A DNA stretch of 28,731 bases from Candidatus Micrarchaeota archaeon (GTDB taxonomy: Archaea; Micrarchaeota; Micrarchaeia; Anstonellales; Bilamarchaeaceae), in NCBI GenBank assembly GCA_038046805.1, contig JBBSVO010000008.1, forward strand, positions 1 through 28,731. The letters run 5' to 3'. Positions 17,298 to 26,250 of the stretch are shown here, piece by piece. How positions within the stretch are numbered: the first letter of the stretch is position 1; each line of letters opens with the position of its first letter. The notes beneath the pieces are model-generated. The model made no database searches and had not been told where the DNA came from. It saw only the letters and a program-made list of their open reading frames with translations. A program made the translations under genes and the position numbers.

Positions 17298-18407
17298 ATG
17301 AGTGGACATGCGTTGAAAAGACCAGAATATTTGGAACCGGTTTTTAAGAGGGTTTTTGATAAGGTTGACGATAAAATGGATAATGACATTGTTGCAAAAT
17401 TAAGTCGGGATTATGCACTAATAATAAAAAAAGAAAGTGATGGCAGTTATACCCTAACAGGGCTAAACAGAAGTAGCACAAAGGAAAACCCAGTATATGT
17501 GGAGATTCACATTGACAGTAAAACTTCTAATGAAGCATTAAAGGCATTTTCAAAGTTAACAGGAAAGTACCATCCCACCGGCGCAACCGAAATAATGCGG
17601 TCACTTTATGCAAAATTTGACAGATATAATGGAATTGATGCCGAAGAGGCAAAGCTGATAACTAGAGCATTTCTTGCAGTAAGTCAAACGACAAATGAGG
17701 GAGAATGGAGAGTCGCATACCAGCGAACCTATTTCAAAAAACCAACAGAAAAAAAAGAGAAGGACTGGGAATTGCCATTAAAAATAGTCAAAAGAGGCAG
17801 GGAAAAGGAATTAAACGCAGAGCAGCAAACTCTGAAAAGTAATGTTGATAAATTCCTGAATGATTATCGTCTGGCATCAAAATCTGAAAGATCAACATCA
17901 CAGGTACTTTCTGAGAGCTATAATAATTCCGGACTTTTGAGGATAGTTATTGATGATCTCAACCGCGCAAAAACCGAATTGCCTGGGGTTTACAAACCAA
18001 AGGAATTGAATGATGCCATAAAAATGTATGGATATGCTCTTGTGATCGTGCAGGGATTGGAATTACAGGAACCTGATAGTAAACCTCAAACAAAAAACGA
18101 AAAACATGAGTCGGGAACGGTTGTTCCAGTTCTGCTCAAGGGGGAAAAGAAAAAACCGGATGATGGACAGGATGCGATTATAGGTAAGGTACACGATTAT
18201 TTTGATCAGATGGGTTTGGAACGCGGAGGCAAGTTTACCTCGGAAAACGCTAAAGGATTAGATAGTAACGTTATTTCCATAATGCTCAAAAATCTGAAAG
18301 CAGTTAACAAAATGTTTGATGAATATAAACTACCTGCCTCTTTGAGCAAACGAGAGATAGAACGAGTAATTGGACTATTGGAAGATGAACTCAATAGCAG
18401 GAAATAA
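17298..18407 (+). CDS. Hypothetical protein, charged and helical
   Basis: Long ORF. GGTGA RBS at 17288-17292 precedes the ATG at 17298. Confidence 0.7.
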   Translation: MSGHALKRPEYLEPVFKRVFDKVDDKMDNDIVAKLSRDYALIIKKESDGSYTLTGLNRSSTKENPVYVEIHIDSKTSNEALKAFSKLTGKYHPTGATEIMRSLYAKFDRYNGIDAEEAKLITRAFLAVSQTTNEGEWRVAYQRTYFKKPTEKKEKDWELPLKIVKRGREKELNAEQQTLKSNVDKFLNDYRLASKSERSTSQVLSESYNNSGLLRIVIDDLNRAKTELPGVYKPKELNDAIKMYGYALVIVQGLELQEPDSKPQTKNEKHESGTVVPVLLKGEKKKPDDGQDAIIGKVHDYFDQMGLERGGKFTSENAKGLDSNVISIMLKNLKAVNKMFDEYKLPASLSKREIERVIGLLEDELNSRK

Positions 18408-18430
18408 CAATAGACTCAATCGGTGTAAAT

Positions 18431-19390
18431 ATGCCTTTTTCCCCAGAAAAATTTATCCAGAATTCCGTTGCGGAGATAAAGAAGACGATTGGTGATGGGA
18501 AAGCGATTATCGGGCTGTCCGGCGGGGTGGATTCATTCACCGCGGCAATCCTTGCGAGCAAGGCGCTTGGGAAAGGGCAGCTGTTCGCGATTCTTGTTGA
18601 TACCGGACTGTTGCGAAAGGGCGAAGTCGAATCCGTAAAGAATGCGGCAAAAGAAACCGGAGTTCCGCTAAAGGTCATCGAAGCAGGCGAGAGATTTTTT
18701 TCCGCACTCGCTGGTGTAACCGATCCCGAAGACAAACGGAAGAAAATCGGCGAACTATTCATCCGAATTTTCGAGGAAGAGGCAAAAAAAGATAAAGTGA
18801 CATTTCTTATCCAGGGGACCATCGCTCCAGATTGGATTGAAAGCGGTGGCGGCGGACGGGACAAAATCAAATCGCATCACAATGTCGGCGGGCTTCCTGA
18901 GAAAATGGGGTTAAAACTGTGTGAACCACTACGCGAGATTTACAAACACGAGGTGCGTGCAGTAGCGCGTGCGGTTGGTCTTCCGCCGAGCATTTCAGAA
19001 AGGCAGCCATTTCCGGGCCCGGCACTCGCAGTGCGCATTGTCGGTGAAGTAATTCCTGAAAAAGTCAGGATCGTTCAGGAGGCATGCGCAATCGTTGAGG
19101 AAGAACTTGAAAGCGCAGCAAAACAGAAAAAAATGGAATTGCCCTGGCAGTATTTTGCAGCCCTGTTGCCATCAAAAACCGTCGGAGTTCGCGGAGACGA
19201 GCGTGCCTATCAATACACCGTGATAGTCAGGGCCGTCCGTAGTTTGGATGGAATGACAGCAAATTTTTCAAATGTTCCGTTTGAGGTCCTTGAAAAAATA
19301 TCCACGCGGATCACAAACGAAATAAGAAGCGTTGGGCGTGTGACTTATGATATAACGAATAAGCCGCCAGGAACGATTGAGATGGAGTGA
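18431..19390 (+). CDS. guaAB: GMP synthase subunit B (ATP pyrophosphatase)
   Basis: PP-loop SGGVDS, DPEDKRK, QGTIAPD, IKSHHNVGG, PFPGPALAVR and YDITNKPPGTIE. No glutaminase domain. Confidence 0.97.
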   Translation: MPFSPEKFIQNSVAEIKKTIGDGKAIIGLSGGVDSFTAAILASKALGKGQLFAILVDTGLLRKGEVESVKNAAKETGVPLKVIEAGERFFSALAGVTDPEDKRKKIGELFIRIFEEEAKKDKVTFLIQGTIAPDWIESGGGGRDKIKSHHNVGGLPEKMGLKLCEPLREIYKHEVRAVARAVGLPPSISERQPFPGPALAVRIVGEVIPEKVRIVQEACAIVEEELESAAKQKKMELPWQYFAALLPSKTVGVRGDERAYQYTVIVRAVRSLDGMTANFSNVPFEVLEKISTRITNEIRSVGRVTYDITNKPPGTIEME

Positions 19391-19435
19391 CTGCGGTCAC
19401 TTATCTCAACTCGCAAGCTCGTTGAGATGGAATGA
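19377..19435. repeat. Duplication of the guaAB 3' end with intervening inverted copy
   Basis: TTGAGATGGAGTGA (19377-19390), GTCACTTATCTCAA (19396-19409), TTGAGATGGAATGA (19422-19435). Confidence 0.8.
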
Positions 19436-19460
19436 ATGTGTGCAATACAAAATTCGAAAG

Positions 19461-19736
19461 CTATTTCTTCCCAGTCAATTTAATTAGATGATACCCAAAC
19501 TGTGTTTTTATTGGACTTGAAACCTGCCCAACATCAAGCGAAAATGCGGCATCCTCGAATTCCTTGACCATTTGCCCCTTTCCAAAGAATCCCAAATTTC
19601 CGCCCTCTCTTCCACTTGGACAGGAAGAATATTTCTTTGCCAGATCCTCGAAACTCTTTCCACCATGTAATTCAGATAGAACACTATTAGCTTCGTTCAG
19701 CGATGAAACCAAAATATGACTTGCCCTTACCTGCAT
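19461..19736 (-). CDS. ppiC: Parvulin-type peptidyl-prolyl cis-trans isomerase
   Basis: VRASHILV, FEDLAKKYSSCPS, GGNLGFF, MVKEFEDAAF and KTQFGYHLI motifs. ATG start at 19736 (or GTG at 19784). Confidence 0.95.
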   Translation of the reverse strand: MQVRASHILVSSLNEANSVLSELHGGKSFEDLAKKYSSCPSGREGGNLGFFGKGQMVKEFEDAAFSLDVGQVSSPIKTQFGYHLIKLTGKK

Positions 19737-19780
19737 AAAATCATCCTCTATATCCGCACTCTTTCTTTTTACGCTTACCC

Positions 19781-19936
19781 TCACTCTTCCTCTGCAAATT
19801 TCTTTATTTCATCAAAATTCTCCACGATCAGTTTTGCCTTTGTCTTACCAAAACTAAACGGGTATTTGCCTTCATCCCCATCTCTTTTAAGGATGATTAA
19901 TTTGTTTCCTTTATATTCGCCAAATTCTACTGCCAT
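19781..19936 (-). CDS. Small 51-aa protein missing from the ORF track (MAVEFGEYKGNKLIILKRDGDEGKYPFSFGKTKAKLIVENFDEIKKFAEEE)
   Basis: GAGGTG RBS 5 nt before the ATG. Fills the gap between two co-oriented genes. Protein-like composition. Confidence 0.8.
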   Translation of the reverse strand: MAVEFGEYKGNKLIILKRDGDEGKYPFSFGKTKAKLIVENFDEIKKFAEEE

Positions 19937-19967
19937 AAATACACCTCAAAATAGAATAATATAACGA

Positions 19968-20318
19968 TCAGGATTTATAGCGTGGTGCAGGACTCGGGTT
20001 TGATTCCGCTACATCTTTGGTAGATTTAATTCCTAAAAACTCGAGTGTATAAAGAAGAGCTGCCGGTGCGGGAGAAGGATTTGATTCCGCATGCAACTTC
20101 TCATTGTTGAAAGTCCTTTCCAATGCCTTTCCAGCTCTAATCGCAGTTGAATAGACCGGGCTTACTGGAGCTAAAAGTGCTGCACCCAAGACTGCAAAAA
20201 CTTCAGAATGAGGAAGTAAATTTTCTCCGATAATAGATATTTTTGATGGAAGAACTGCCTTTCGCTCGTCTTCAGCACTCTCTTCCCTTTTCTTAAACGC
20301 TGCTCCGATACCGGCCAT
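19968..20318 (-). CDS. Hypothetical ~116-aa protein with two AESNPSPAP repeats
   Basis: The two repeat copies differ only at synonymous positions, which supports this reading frame. Start is ATG 20318 or TTG 20336. Confidence 0.75.
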   Translation of the reverse strand: MAGIGAAFKKREESAEDERKAVLPSKISIIGENLLPHSEVFAVLGAALLAPVSPVYSTAIRAGKALERTFNNEKLHAESNPSPAPAALLYTLEFLGIKSTKDVAESNPSPAPRYKS

Positions 20319-20361
20319 ATAACCACAAATTGTCAATTATTACAATATACTTACAACGAAA

Positions 20362-20377
20362 GAATATTTAAATATTC
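20362..20377. promoter_or_regulatory. Perfect 16-bp palindrome containing a TATA box between divergent genes
   Basis: GAATATTTAAATATTC. Its TTTAAA core ends ~24 nt before the ATG at 20396. Confidence 0.6.
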
Positions 20378-20395
20378 CCTTTACGAACGGTCTAT

Positions 20396-20902
20396 ATGAA
20401 TGATAGTATAGGAGACGCGAGAAAGTTTATTTTAGATGGCAATTTGCGTGATGCAGCAAAATTACTGGATAGGATGATCGGCAAAAACAAGGAAGACGAT
20501 TATGCCTGGTATCTGCGCGGATTGGTTTCACTAAAACTAAACAATCATGATTATGCCCATGAATGTTTTGAACATGCCGTGGCAAACAAAAAAAAGGCGG
20601 AATATTTCAAGGCAGATGGAATCGCGCATATGGAAATGCTTGAACTGAAGCCTGCAATTGAGTCGTTTGAAAGAGCGGCACAACTCGACAGTAAGAACGC
20701 GGAAAATTATTTTTACATTGCCGCGTGTTATATTCTTCTTGACAATCCAGTAAGCAAGGAATATATGCAAAAGGCGTATCTGCGGGATAAAAAGAAAACA
20801 AAAGAAATGCTAATTGAATTTTATAAACATGTTTACAAGAATGGACAGAATGTTGGGAAAAAAGCGCATGATGAGATAATGAGAAGGATAGGGAGCATTT
20901 AG
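20396..20902 (+). CDS. Tetratricopeptide repeat protein
   Basis: AWYLRGLVSLKLNNHDYAHECFEHA, PAIESFERAAQLDSKN and YFYIAACY are TPR-type segments. Confidence 0.85.
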   Translation: MNDSIGDARKFILDGNLRDAAKLLDRMIGKNKEDDYAWYLRGLVSLKLNNHDYAHECFEHAVANKKKAEYFKADGIAHMEMLELKPAIESFERAAQLDSKNAENYFYIAACYILLDNPVSKEYMQKAYLRDKKKTKEMLIEFYKHVYKNGQNVGKKAHDEIMRRIGSI

Positions 20903-20940
20903 CCTGTGACTAGTAGCCAATTGCTAACAGCAGCAGATAT

Positions 20941-21837
20941 TTACGCACTCTCAATCCGTTTCCTTACTTCCTTTGCCAACTCATTTTGATTTACATCAAC
21001 TGAATTCAAACTTCCTAAAAACCCATTCATGAACTGGGCAATCGCCTTGTCACGCCAGAGCATCCCCTTTTTCTTGAAAGAACGCAAAAATTTCGGGTTT
21101 GCCATTAACAGATGCCTGCATTTCTTCTCTACGCGCATGCGTTTCTTCACAGCAGCATCAAGCTCTTGTTTTGCCTTGAATTCCTGGTAGGTTCCGTGGC
21201 CTTTCGCACGTTCTTGCGCATCTTTTTTTGCAGTTTCTTCCTTGATTGCATTTTTTAAGCGATTAAGGAAACGATGAATCTGATTGAGAATGGTTGGCTC
21301 GTTGACTAATACAAGCCATGCAGAACGTTTCAGTTCCTTTTGAATATCTGAGACAACTTGCAGTGTTTCTTCTTTTGACATTCCACTCTGGATGCGACCC
21401 TTAAGCACCGACCATGTTGCACCGATGGCCTTTTCATCAATCGCTCCGACCCATTTCTCAAGCTCGGATCTTGATTCTTCGAGTTGCTTCATTTTAGAGG
21501 AAAGATCTGCCAGGGCTTTCTGGATTTCATCCATTTTCATTTCTTTAAAACCAGCCAACCACGACTTTTTCGATACAAATTTGCCTATATTCTCATCATC
21601 AAGATAGACCTGAAATAAAGCAGGATATTGATTCTTTAGAACACGAAATTCATCCAGATTCTCATAAATCTTCTCGTAGATTTCCCGCTTTTTAGCAATC
21701 GCAGATTTTTTCAAGGCAGCCAACTCATCGCGAATTGTCCTGTCCATAGTCTGTTTGTATTTTGCGAAAAGCTCTTTTTGTTTTTCCTTCATTCCACCGA
21801 ATTCGCGTGCGGCTTCTTCAAGATAGTCAATTAGCAT
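20941..21837 (-). CDS. Hypothetical coiled-coil protein
   Basis: AGGTG RBS before MLIDYL. Overlaps the end of the endonuclease IV gene. K/E-rich helices. Confidence 0.75.
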   Translation of the reverse strand: MLIDYLEEAAREFGGMKEKQKELFAKYKQTMDRTIRDELAALKKSAIAKKREIYEKIYENLDEFRVLKNQYPALFQVYLDDENIGKFVSKKSWLAGFKEMKMDEIQKALADLSSKMKQLEESRSELEKWVGAIDEKAIGATWSVLKGRIQSGMSKEETLQVVSDIQKELKRSAWLVLVNEPTILNQIHRFLNRLKNAIKEETAKKDAQERAKGHGTYQEFKAKQELDAAVKKRMRVEKKCRHLLMANPKFLRSFKKKGMLWRDKAIAQFMNGFLGSLNSVDVNQNELAKEVRKRIESA

Positions 21838-22696
21838 GTGAACACCTTTTGTATTCTTTTTGCATAAGCAATGCATCATACTCCAGCTTTGGAGATTCGC
21901 AGATTATTGTTCCAGAATACCCATTCTCAGATAAAACTTTAATAAGTGGCTTAAACGGCGGTTCATTGTTCGTTCCGAGCGGAAGATGGTTTCTTTCTCC
22001 TTTTTCGGTGTAATTTATTTCCGAGAAATGGGAATGAAAATGGTGCACATAATCTCCGAGGCGGCTCTCTAGTTGTTTGAAAATTTCCACATACTCGCGT
22101 TCGCTGCGAATGTTGAAATCCCTCCTTGCATGCAGATGGGAGAAATCAAGAACTGGTTCTACGAATCCAAGCTCTTCTGACAGCCGAATGACTTCTTCAA
22201 AACCCCCGAACTGCGTTGGTTTCCCGACAGTTTCCGCACCAAGAATTATTTTTATTCCGTGAGAATCTATTTTTTCGTGGAGTTCCTCGAGATTCTTTTT
22301 CGCAATCCCATATGCCACGTCCTTTGAAAGCTTCTGATAAAAGCCAGGATGAAATACGGTAATGCGGCCACCAGCCCAAGAAGTTGCCTGTGCAGCTTCA
22401 AATATGTTTCTCCTGCTGTTGCGGATTTTCTCTTCTTCGGTTGAACACAGATTCACGAAATAAGGGGCATGCGATGAAAGCGAGACGTCCAGCGATTCCG
22501 CAATAGGCTTGATTGATTTTGCCTGTGCTTCTTTCATGCGCACACCCTGGACGAATTCCATTTCCATTGCACGAAGGCCAAGCTCTGCACAGCATTTTAC
22601 GCCTTCAAGCGTTCCTCCTTCGCACTGAATGGGAATGCCCGCAGGGCCAAAACGGATCGAATGAATTAACTGAGCGGATGAAGCCACGTTAGGCAA
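21827..22696 (-). CDS. nfo: Endonuclease IV (AP endonuclease family 2)
   Basis: RFGPAGIP, HAPYFVNL, VFHPG, ETVGK, DFSHLHAR, HSHFS, GERNH and ICESP metal-ligand motifs. Confidence 0.93.
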   Translation of the reverse strand: MPNVASSAQLIHSIRFGPAGIPIQCEGGTLEGVKCCAELGLRAMEMEFVQGVRMKEAQAKSIKPIAESLDVSLSSHAPYFVNLCSTEEEKIRNSRRNIFEAAQATSWAGGRITVFHPGFYQKLSKDVAYGIAKKNLEELHEKIDSHGIKIILGAETVGKPTQFGGFEEVIRLSEELGFVEPVLDFSHLHARRDFNIRSEREYVEIFKQLESRLGDYVHHFHSHFSEINYTEKGERNHLPLGTNNEPPFKPLIKVLSENGYSGTIICESPKLEYDALLMQKEYKRCSHAN

Positions 22697-22767
22697 TCAT
22701 ATCTAAGGAATAAATAGATTTGCAGGCAAAACGTATCAATAAAGAGGTAACCCAACGCAAAATAACC

Positions 22768-22926
22768 TTTATAAATTTTCCCAGACAATAGATATAACAC
22801 GAACAAACAGCAATTGTACTAATTAGTCCAGAACATGTAAATAATTGGACAGTATTTGTGAACAATTATCATTAGTGTTCTGTTTGTAAAATAATGAACA
22901 ATTGGAAAAGAAAAAACTTGAGGTGA
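22768..22926 (+). promoter_or_regulatory. Thermosome promoter (TTTATAAA at 22768-22775), long leader and GAGGTGA RBS (22920-22926)
   Basis: Consensus archaeal TATA and Shine-Dalgarno sequences. Confidence 0.65.
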
Positions 22927-22930
22927 ATTT

Positions 22931-24586
22931 ATGTCTAAACAAATGTCAGGAGAACAAGGTTATGTATTACCAGAAGGCGCACAGCGCATTCTTGGAAGAG
23001 ATGCAATGAGAATAAATATCGCAATAGGTTACGCAGTTGCTAACATAGTAAAAACAACTCTTGGACCAAAGGGAATGGACAAGATGCTTGTAAGCGACCT
23101 TGGAGACATCGTGATTACGAACGACGGTGCAACGATTCTTGAAGAAATGAACGTTGACCACCCTGCTGCAAAGCTCATGGTTGAGATTGCAAAAACACAG
23201 GATAAGGAAGTAGGTGATGGAACCACTACCAGCGTCGTTATTGCAGGAAACTTACTAAAAAAGGCTGGGGAATTATTGGACCAGGATGTCCATCCAACAA
23301 CCGTGATAAAGGGTTACGAACTCGCGGCAAAAAAGGCAGAGGAAACCCTTATGAGACTTTCTGAAAAGATTGACGAAAATGATGAAACGGCGCTCACGCA
23401 AATCGCACTTGTTGCAATGGGATCAAAAGGCGTTGGAACAGAAAGTGAAAAGGCAAAGCTTGCCGGCGTAATAGTGCGAGCAGTAAAGCTGGTTGCCGAA
23501 AAGAAAACAGAAAAAGGCGGAAAAACAGTGATTGATAACGAGCTAATTAAGATTGAAAAGAAGGCGGGCGGGGAAGTCGGGGACACTGAACTCATCGAAG
23601 GTGTTCTTATTGACAAGGAGATTGTGCATTCCGGCATGCCAAAGGCAGTGAAGGATGCAAGGATCCTGCTTCTTGACGCGGCGCTTGAAATAGAAAAAAC
23701 AGAGATTGACGCTAAAATAGAAATAACCTCTCCAGAGCAAATGGATGCATTCCTAAAGCAGGAAGAAAAAATGCTCAGAACAATGGTTGACAAGATTGCA
23801 AAATCCGGTGCCAATGTTTTGTTCTGCCAAAAAGGAATTGACGACTTGGCACAGCATTATCTTGCAAAAAGCGGAATTGTTGCTGTGAGAAGGGTAAAGA
23901 AAAGTGATATGGAAAAACTTTCACGAGCAACTGGTGGAAGAATTGCCTCAAGCCTTGAGGAATTAAAGCCAGAAGACCTTGGAAATGCTGGTCAGGTTCA
24001 GGAAAGGAAAATCTCGGGCGAATCCATGACATTCGTCGAAAGATGCAAGAACCCTAAAAGCGTGACAATATTTGTACGCGGCGGAACCGACCATGTTGTA
24101 AGCGAGGTTGAAAGGGCAGTTGTAGATTCCCGTGGAGCAGTATCAAGTGCACTTGAAAGCGGAAAATACGTAATTGGTGGCGGGAGCGTTGAAATGGAAC
24201 TCAGCAAGGTTCTCAACGACTATGCAACCGAAGTTGGCGGAAGAGAACAACTTGCAATTCAGGCATTTGCAGAGGCACTTGAAAGCATCCCGAAAACGCT
24301 TGCAGAAAATGCAGGCATGGATGTTATTGACACATTGGTAACCCTCAGGAACAAGCACAAACAGGCAGATGGAAAATTCTATGGTGTTGATGTCATAAAC
24401 GGAAAGGTTGCGGAGCTGAAAAGCACTGGAATTTTTGAACCTGAAAAGGTGAAAAAGCAGGCAATTTCATCTGCAACTGAAACCGCAAGACTCATACTGA
24501 GAATAGACGACATAATCAGCTCGAGGGGAAAGAGTGGTGCAGGCGGAATGCCACCTGGTGGAATGGGTGGCATGGGAGAGGAATAA
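22931..24586 (+). CDS. ths: Thermosome subunit (group II chaperonin)
   Basis: [31 protein letters not shown] and RIDD motifs, plus a GGM tail. Confidence 0.98.
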   Translation: MSKQMSGEQGYVLPEGAQRILGRDAMRINIAIGYAVANIVKTTLGPKGMDKMLVSDLGDIVITNDGATILEEMNVDHPAAKLMVEIAKTQDKEVGDGTTTSVVIAGNLLKKAGELLDQDVHPTTVIKGYELAAKKAEETLMRLSEKIDENDETALTQIALVAMGSKGVGTESEKAKLAGVIVRAVKLVAEKKTEKGGKTVIDNELIKIEKKAGGEVGDTELIEGVLIDKEIVHSGMPKAVKDARILLLDAALEIEKTEIDAKIEITSPEQMDAFLKQEEKMLRTMVDKIAKSGANVLFCQKGIDDLAQHYLAKSGIVAVRRVKKSDMEKLSRATGGRIASSLEELKPEDLGNAGQVQERKISGESMTFVERCKNPKSVTIFVRGGTDHVVSEVERAVVDSRGAVSSALESGKYVIGGGSVEMELSKVLNDYATEVGGREQLAIQAFAEALESIPKTLAENAGMDVIDTLVTLRNKHKQADGKFYGVDVINGKVAELKSTGIFEPEKVKKQAISSATETARLILRIDDIISSRGKSGAGGMPPGGMGGMGEE

Positions 24587-24594
24587 CTGATCCT

Positions 24595-24690
24595 CTGACC
24601 GTTTTCAGTTTTCGGATTCGCGCTCCGCTCTTGTTCTTCTTTTGTTTTTTTATTTTATTTCTTCCGGATTTTTATTCTTTGTTTTTCTAA
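24595..24690 (+). terminator. T-rich terminator region downstream of the thermosome gene
   Basis: Long series of T runs after the stop codon. Confidence 0.55.
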
Positions 24691-24737
24691 TTTAATATCC
24701 GTAATACCAAACAGCATTAGAAACAGGAGATTAGGTT

Positions 24738-26210
24738 ATGGGTTCGAAATTTGAGATGGTAAGGCAGGGAAGCACCGGGATTGCCCGCGCCCCATACCAA
24801 AAGGTTGCAAGGGCAAAACCTGCCGAGGAGGGATTAGAAAACGCTCCTTTCCTCCATCGCGCGGTGGAATATGCAAAAGAAACAGGCGATGTAATCCGTT
24901 TATGCTCAATGACGGGTTCTACCAGTGCCAGAGAAATTATCAAAACGTTGGTCAGCGGGTCTGTTGAAGAAATAATTGATATGGTACGTGAAGGGTTCGG
25001 GCCAGGCATATCCAATAAACAGATTGCGGCCATTATCAGGTTTGAAATCGGGCATTTGCTTTTCAATCCTAGCAGAAAAATGTGGCTATGGAAGGTTTGC
25101 GCGGGTTCTGATATATATGCCGGAAGCTCAACGCAATTCAATGTTCCGAAGATTCTGGAGACAAAGGCGCGCGCGATAGAATCCATGCCTGATAAGGCAG
25201 AGCACACGTATAGATTCGTGGTTGCATTGGAAAAGGCCGGGCATTGCAAGCCCCCAGTTCCAAAATCGTTTGCAGAAGAGGTGGGAATGTTAGTTGCCCT
25301 CAAATTTGACGGGTATCGTGAACAAGGAGAGGCAACGAGGATTTTAGATTCGATGCGCGAACTTATCTGTGAAGAGGATACGTTACGTGTTCTTCGCAAA
25401 ATTCATACTGTTCAGATACTGTACCGAGTTTTTGTACGCATCCGTAATCAGAAGTCGCTCGAGGATGCAATGGAATCCCCGGACGAACTTGAGGAAATGA
25501 TTCGGGACACTGTCCGGCCATCTGAAGTACCGAGAGCTCTTGTACCAGTTGAACCGAATGATCTGATTTTTCAAAGTGCGCCTTCACTTGCAAAGGGACC
25601 GCGCCCAAACAATAGAGCACCTGTAGTTAAGGAAACGCCCAGAGCAAAGAAAAAAGTTGCGGATCGGAAAAAACCTGCTGCCGGGAAAGAAGATAATCCA
25701 GCTACTGTTCAGCCAGACAAAGGTGACAGACTTGTAGCTGAAAAACCTGTGCAGGAAATGCACAAGCCCGCAGCTATTAAACCTACGACTGGACCTGCTC
25801 AAACTATATCTGGACCTGCCAGAATCGAATCCGCACCAGCACCACGCGTGCGGGGGGAACCCAGACCTGCGCAATACACGCACGTACGCTCAGGGGTAAT
25901 GCCTTTGGTGGACAGGCATTCCCAGCATTCCAAATGCGAAAAAGGACAGCCAGCTACCCAATCACCTGCAGACGATACCACTGCCAGAGTTAGTTTTGAA
26001 AAGGGAATGGGCGCATTGCAGGAATTCCTTGAAAAACCTGGAAGAATGAGAGCATATGGGGGAGAAGATGGGATATTTGATGCAAAAAGAATAATGGGCA
26101 ACGCATTGAATAGATTCTATGGGGATAATGAGATGCAGGAAATCGTACTTCGTATTGCCAGAGAAGCCATAAACCTGGATGACCTTCGGGACAGGCTCAA
26201 TGCGCTGTGA
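24738..26210 (+). CDS. Hypothetical protein with a long Pro/Ala/Lys-rich disordered linker
   Basis: 490-aa ORF with AGGAG upstream. Helical N-domain, low-complexity middle, small C-domain. Confidence 0.7.
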   Translation: MGSKFEMVRQGSTGIARAPYQKVARAKPAEEGLENAPFLHRAVEYAKETGDVIRLCSMTGSTSAREIIKTLVSGSVEEIIDMVREGFGPGISNKQIAAIIRFEIGHLLFNPSRKMWLWKVCAGSDIYAGSSTQFNVPKILETKARAIESMPDKAEHTYRFVVALEKAGHCKPPVPKSFAEEVGMLVALKFDGYREQGEATRILDSMRELICEEDTLRVLRKIHTVQILYRVFVRIRNQKSLEDAMESPDELEEMIRDTVRPSEVPRALVPVEPNDLIFQSAPSLAKGPRPNNRAPVVKETPRAKKKVADRKKPAAGKEDNPATVQPDKGDRLVAEKPVQEMHKPAAIKPTTGPAQTISGPARIESAPAPRVRGEPRPAQYTHVRSGVMPLVDRHSQHSKCEKGQPATQSPADDTTARVSFEKGMGALQEFLEKPGRMRAYGGEDGIFDAKRIMGNALNRFYGDNEMQEIVLRIAREAINLDDLRDRLNAL

Positions 26211-26250
26211 CGCTCCACGGCATGAAATCCCGGATGGCGCGAATGTAGTG

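Noticed and set aside
17610..17650. EF-hand in ORF 17298-18407 (FDRYNGIDAEE)
   Set aside because: The loop is shorter than the 12-residue consensus and has no partner EF-hand.
19983..20090. 2A-like ribosomal skipping motif (DVAESNPSP versus D(V/I)ExNPGP)
   Set aside because: The essential Gly-Pro is Ser-Pro and the Asp spacing is off. 2A skipping is established only for eukaryotic ribosomes.
20064..20090. tRNA 3'-end fragment or att site (TCAAATCCTTCTCCCGCACC on the minus strand)
   Set aside because: The T-stem does not pair, no integrase is nearby, and the synonymous pattern shows the constraint is at protein level.
18391..25399. Long antisense ORFs (18391-18870, 23314-23814, 24731-25399 and similar)
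   Set aside because: These are shadow frames opposite well-supported or longer genes, with no recognisable motifs or start signals.
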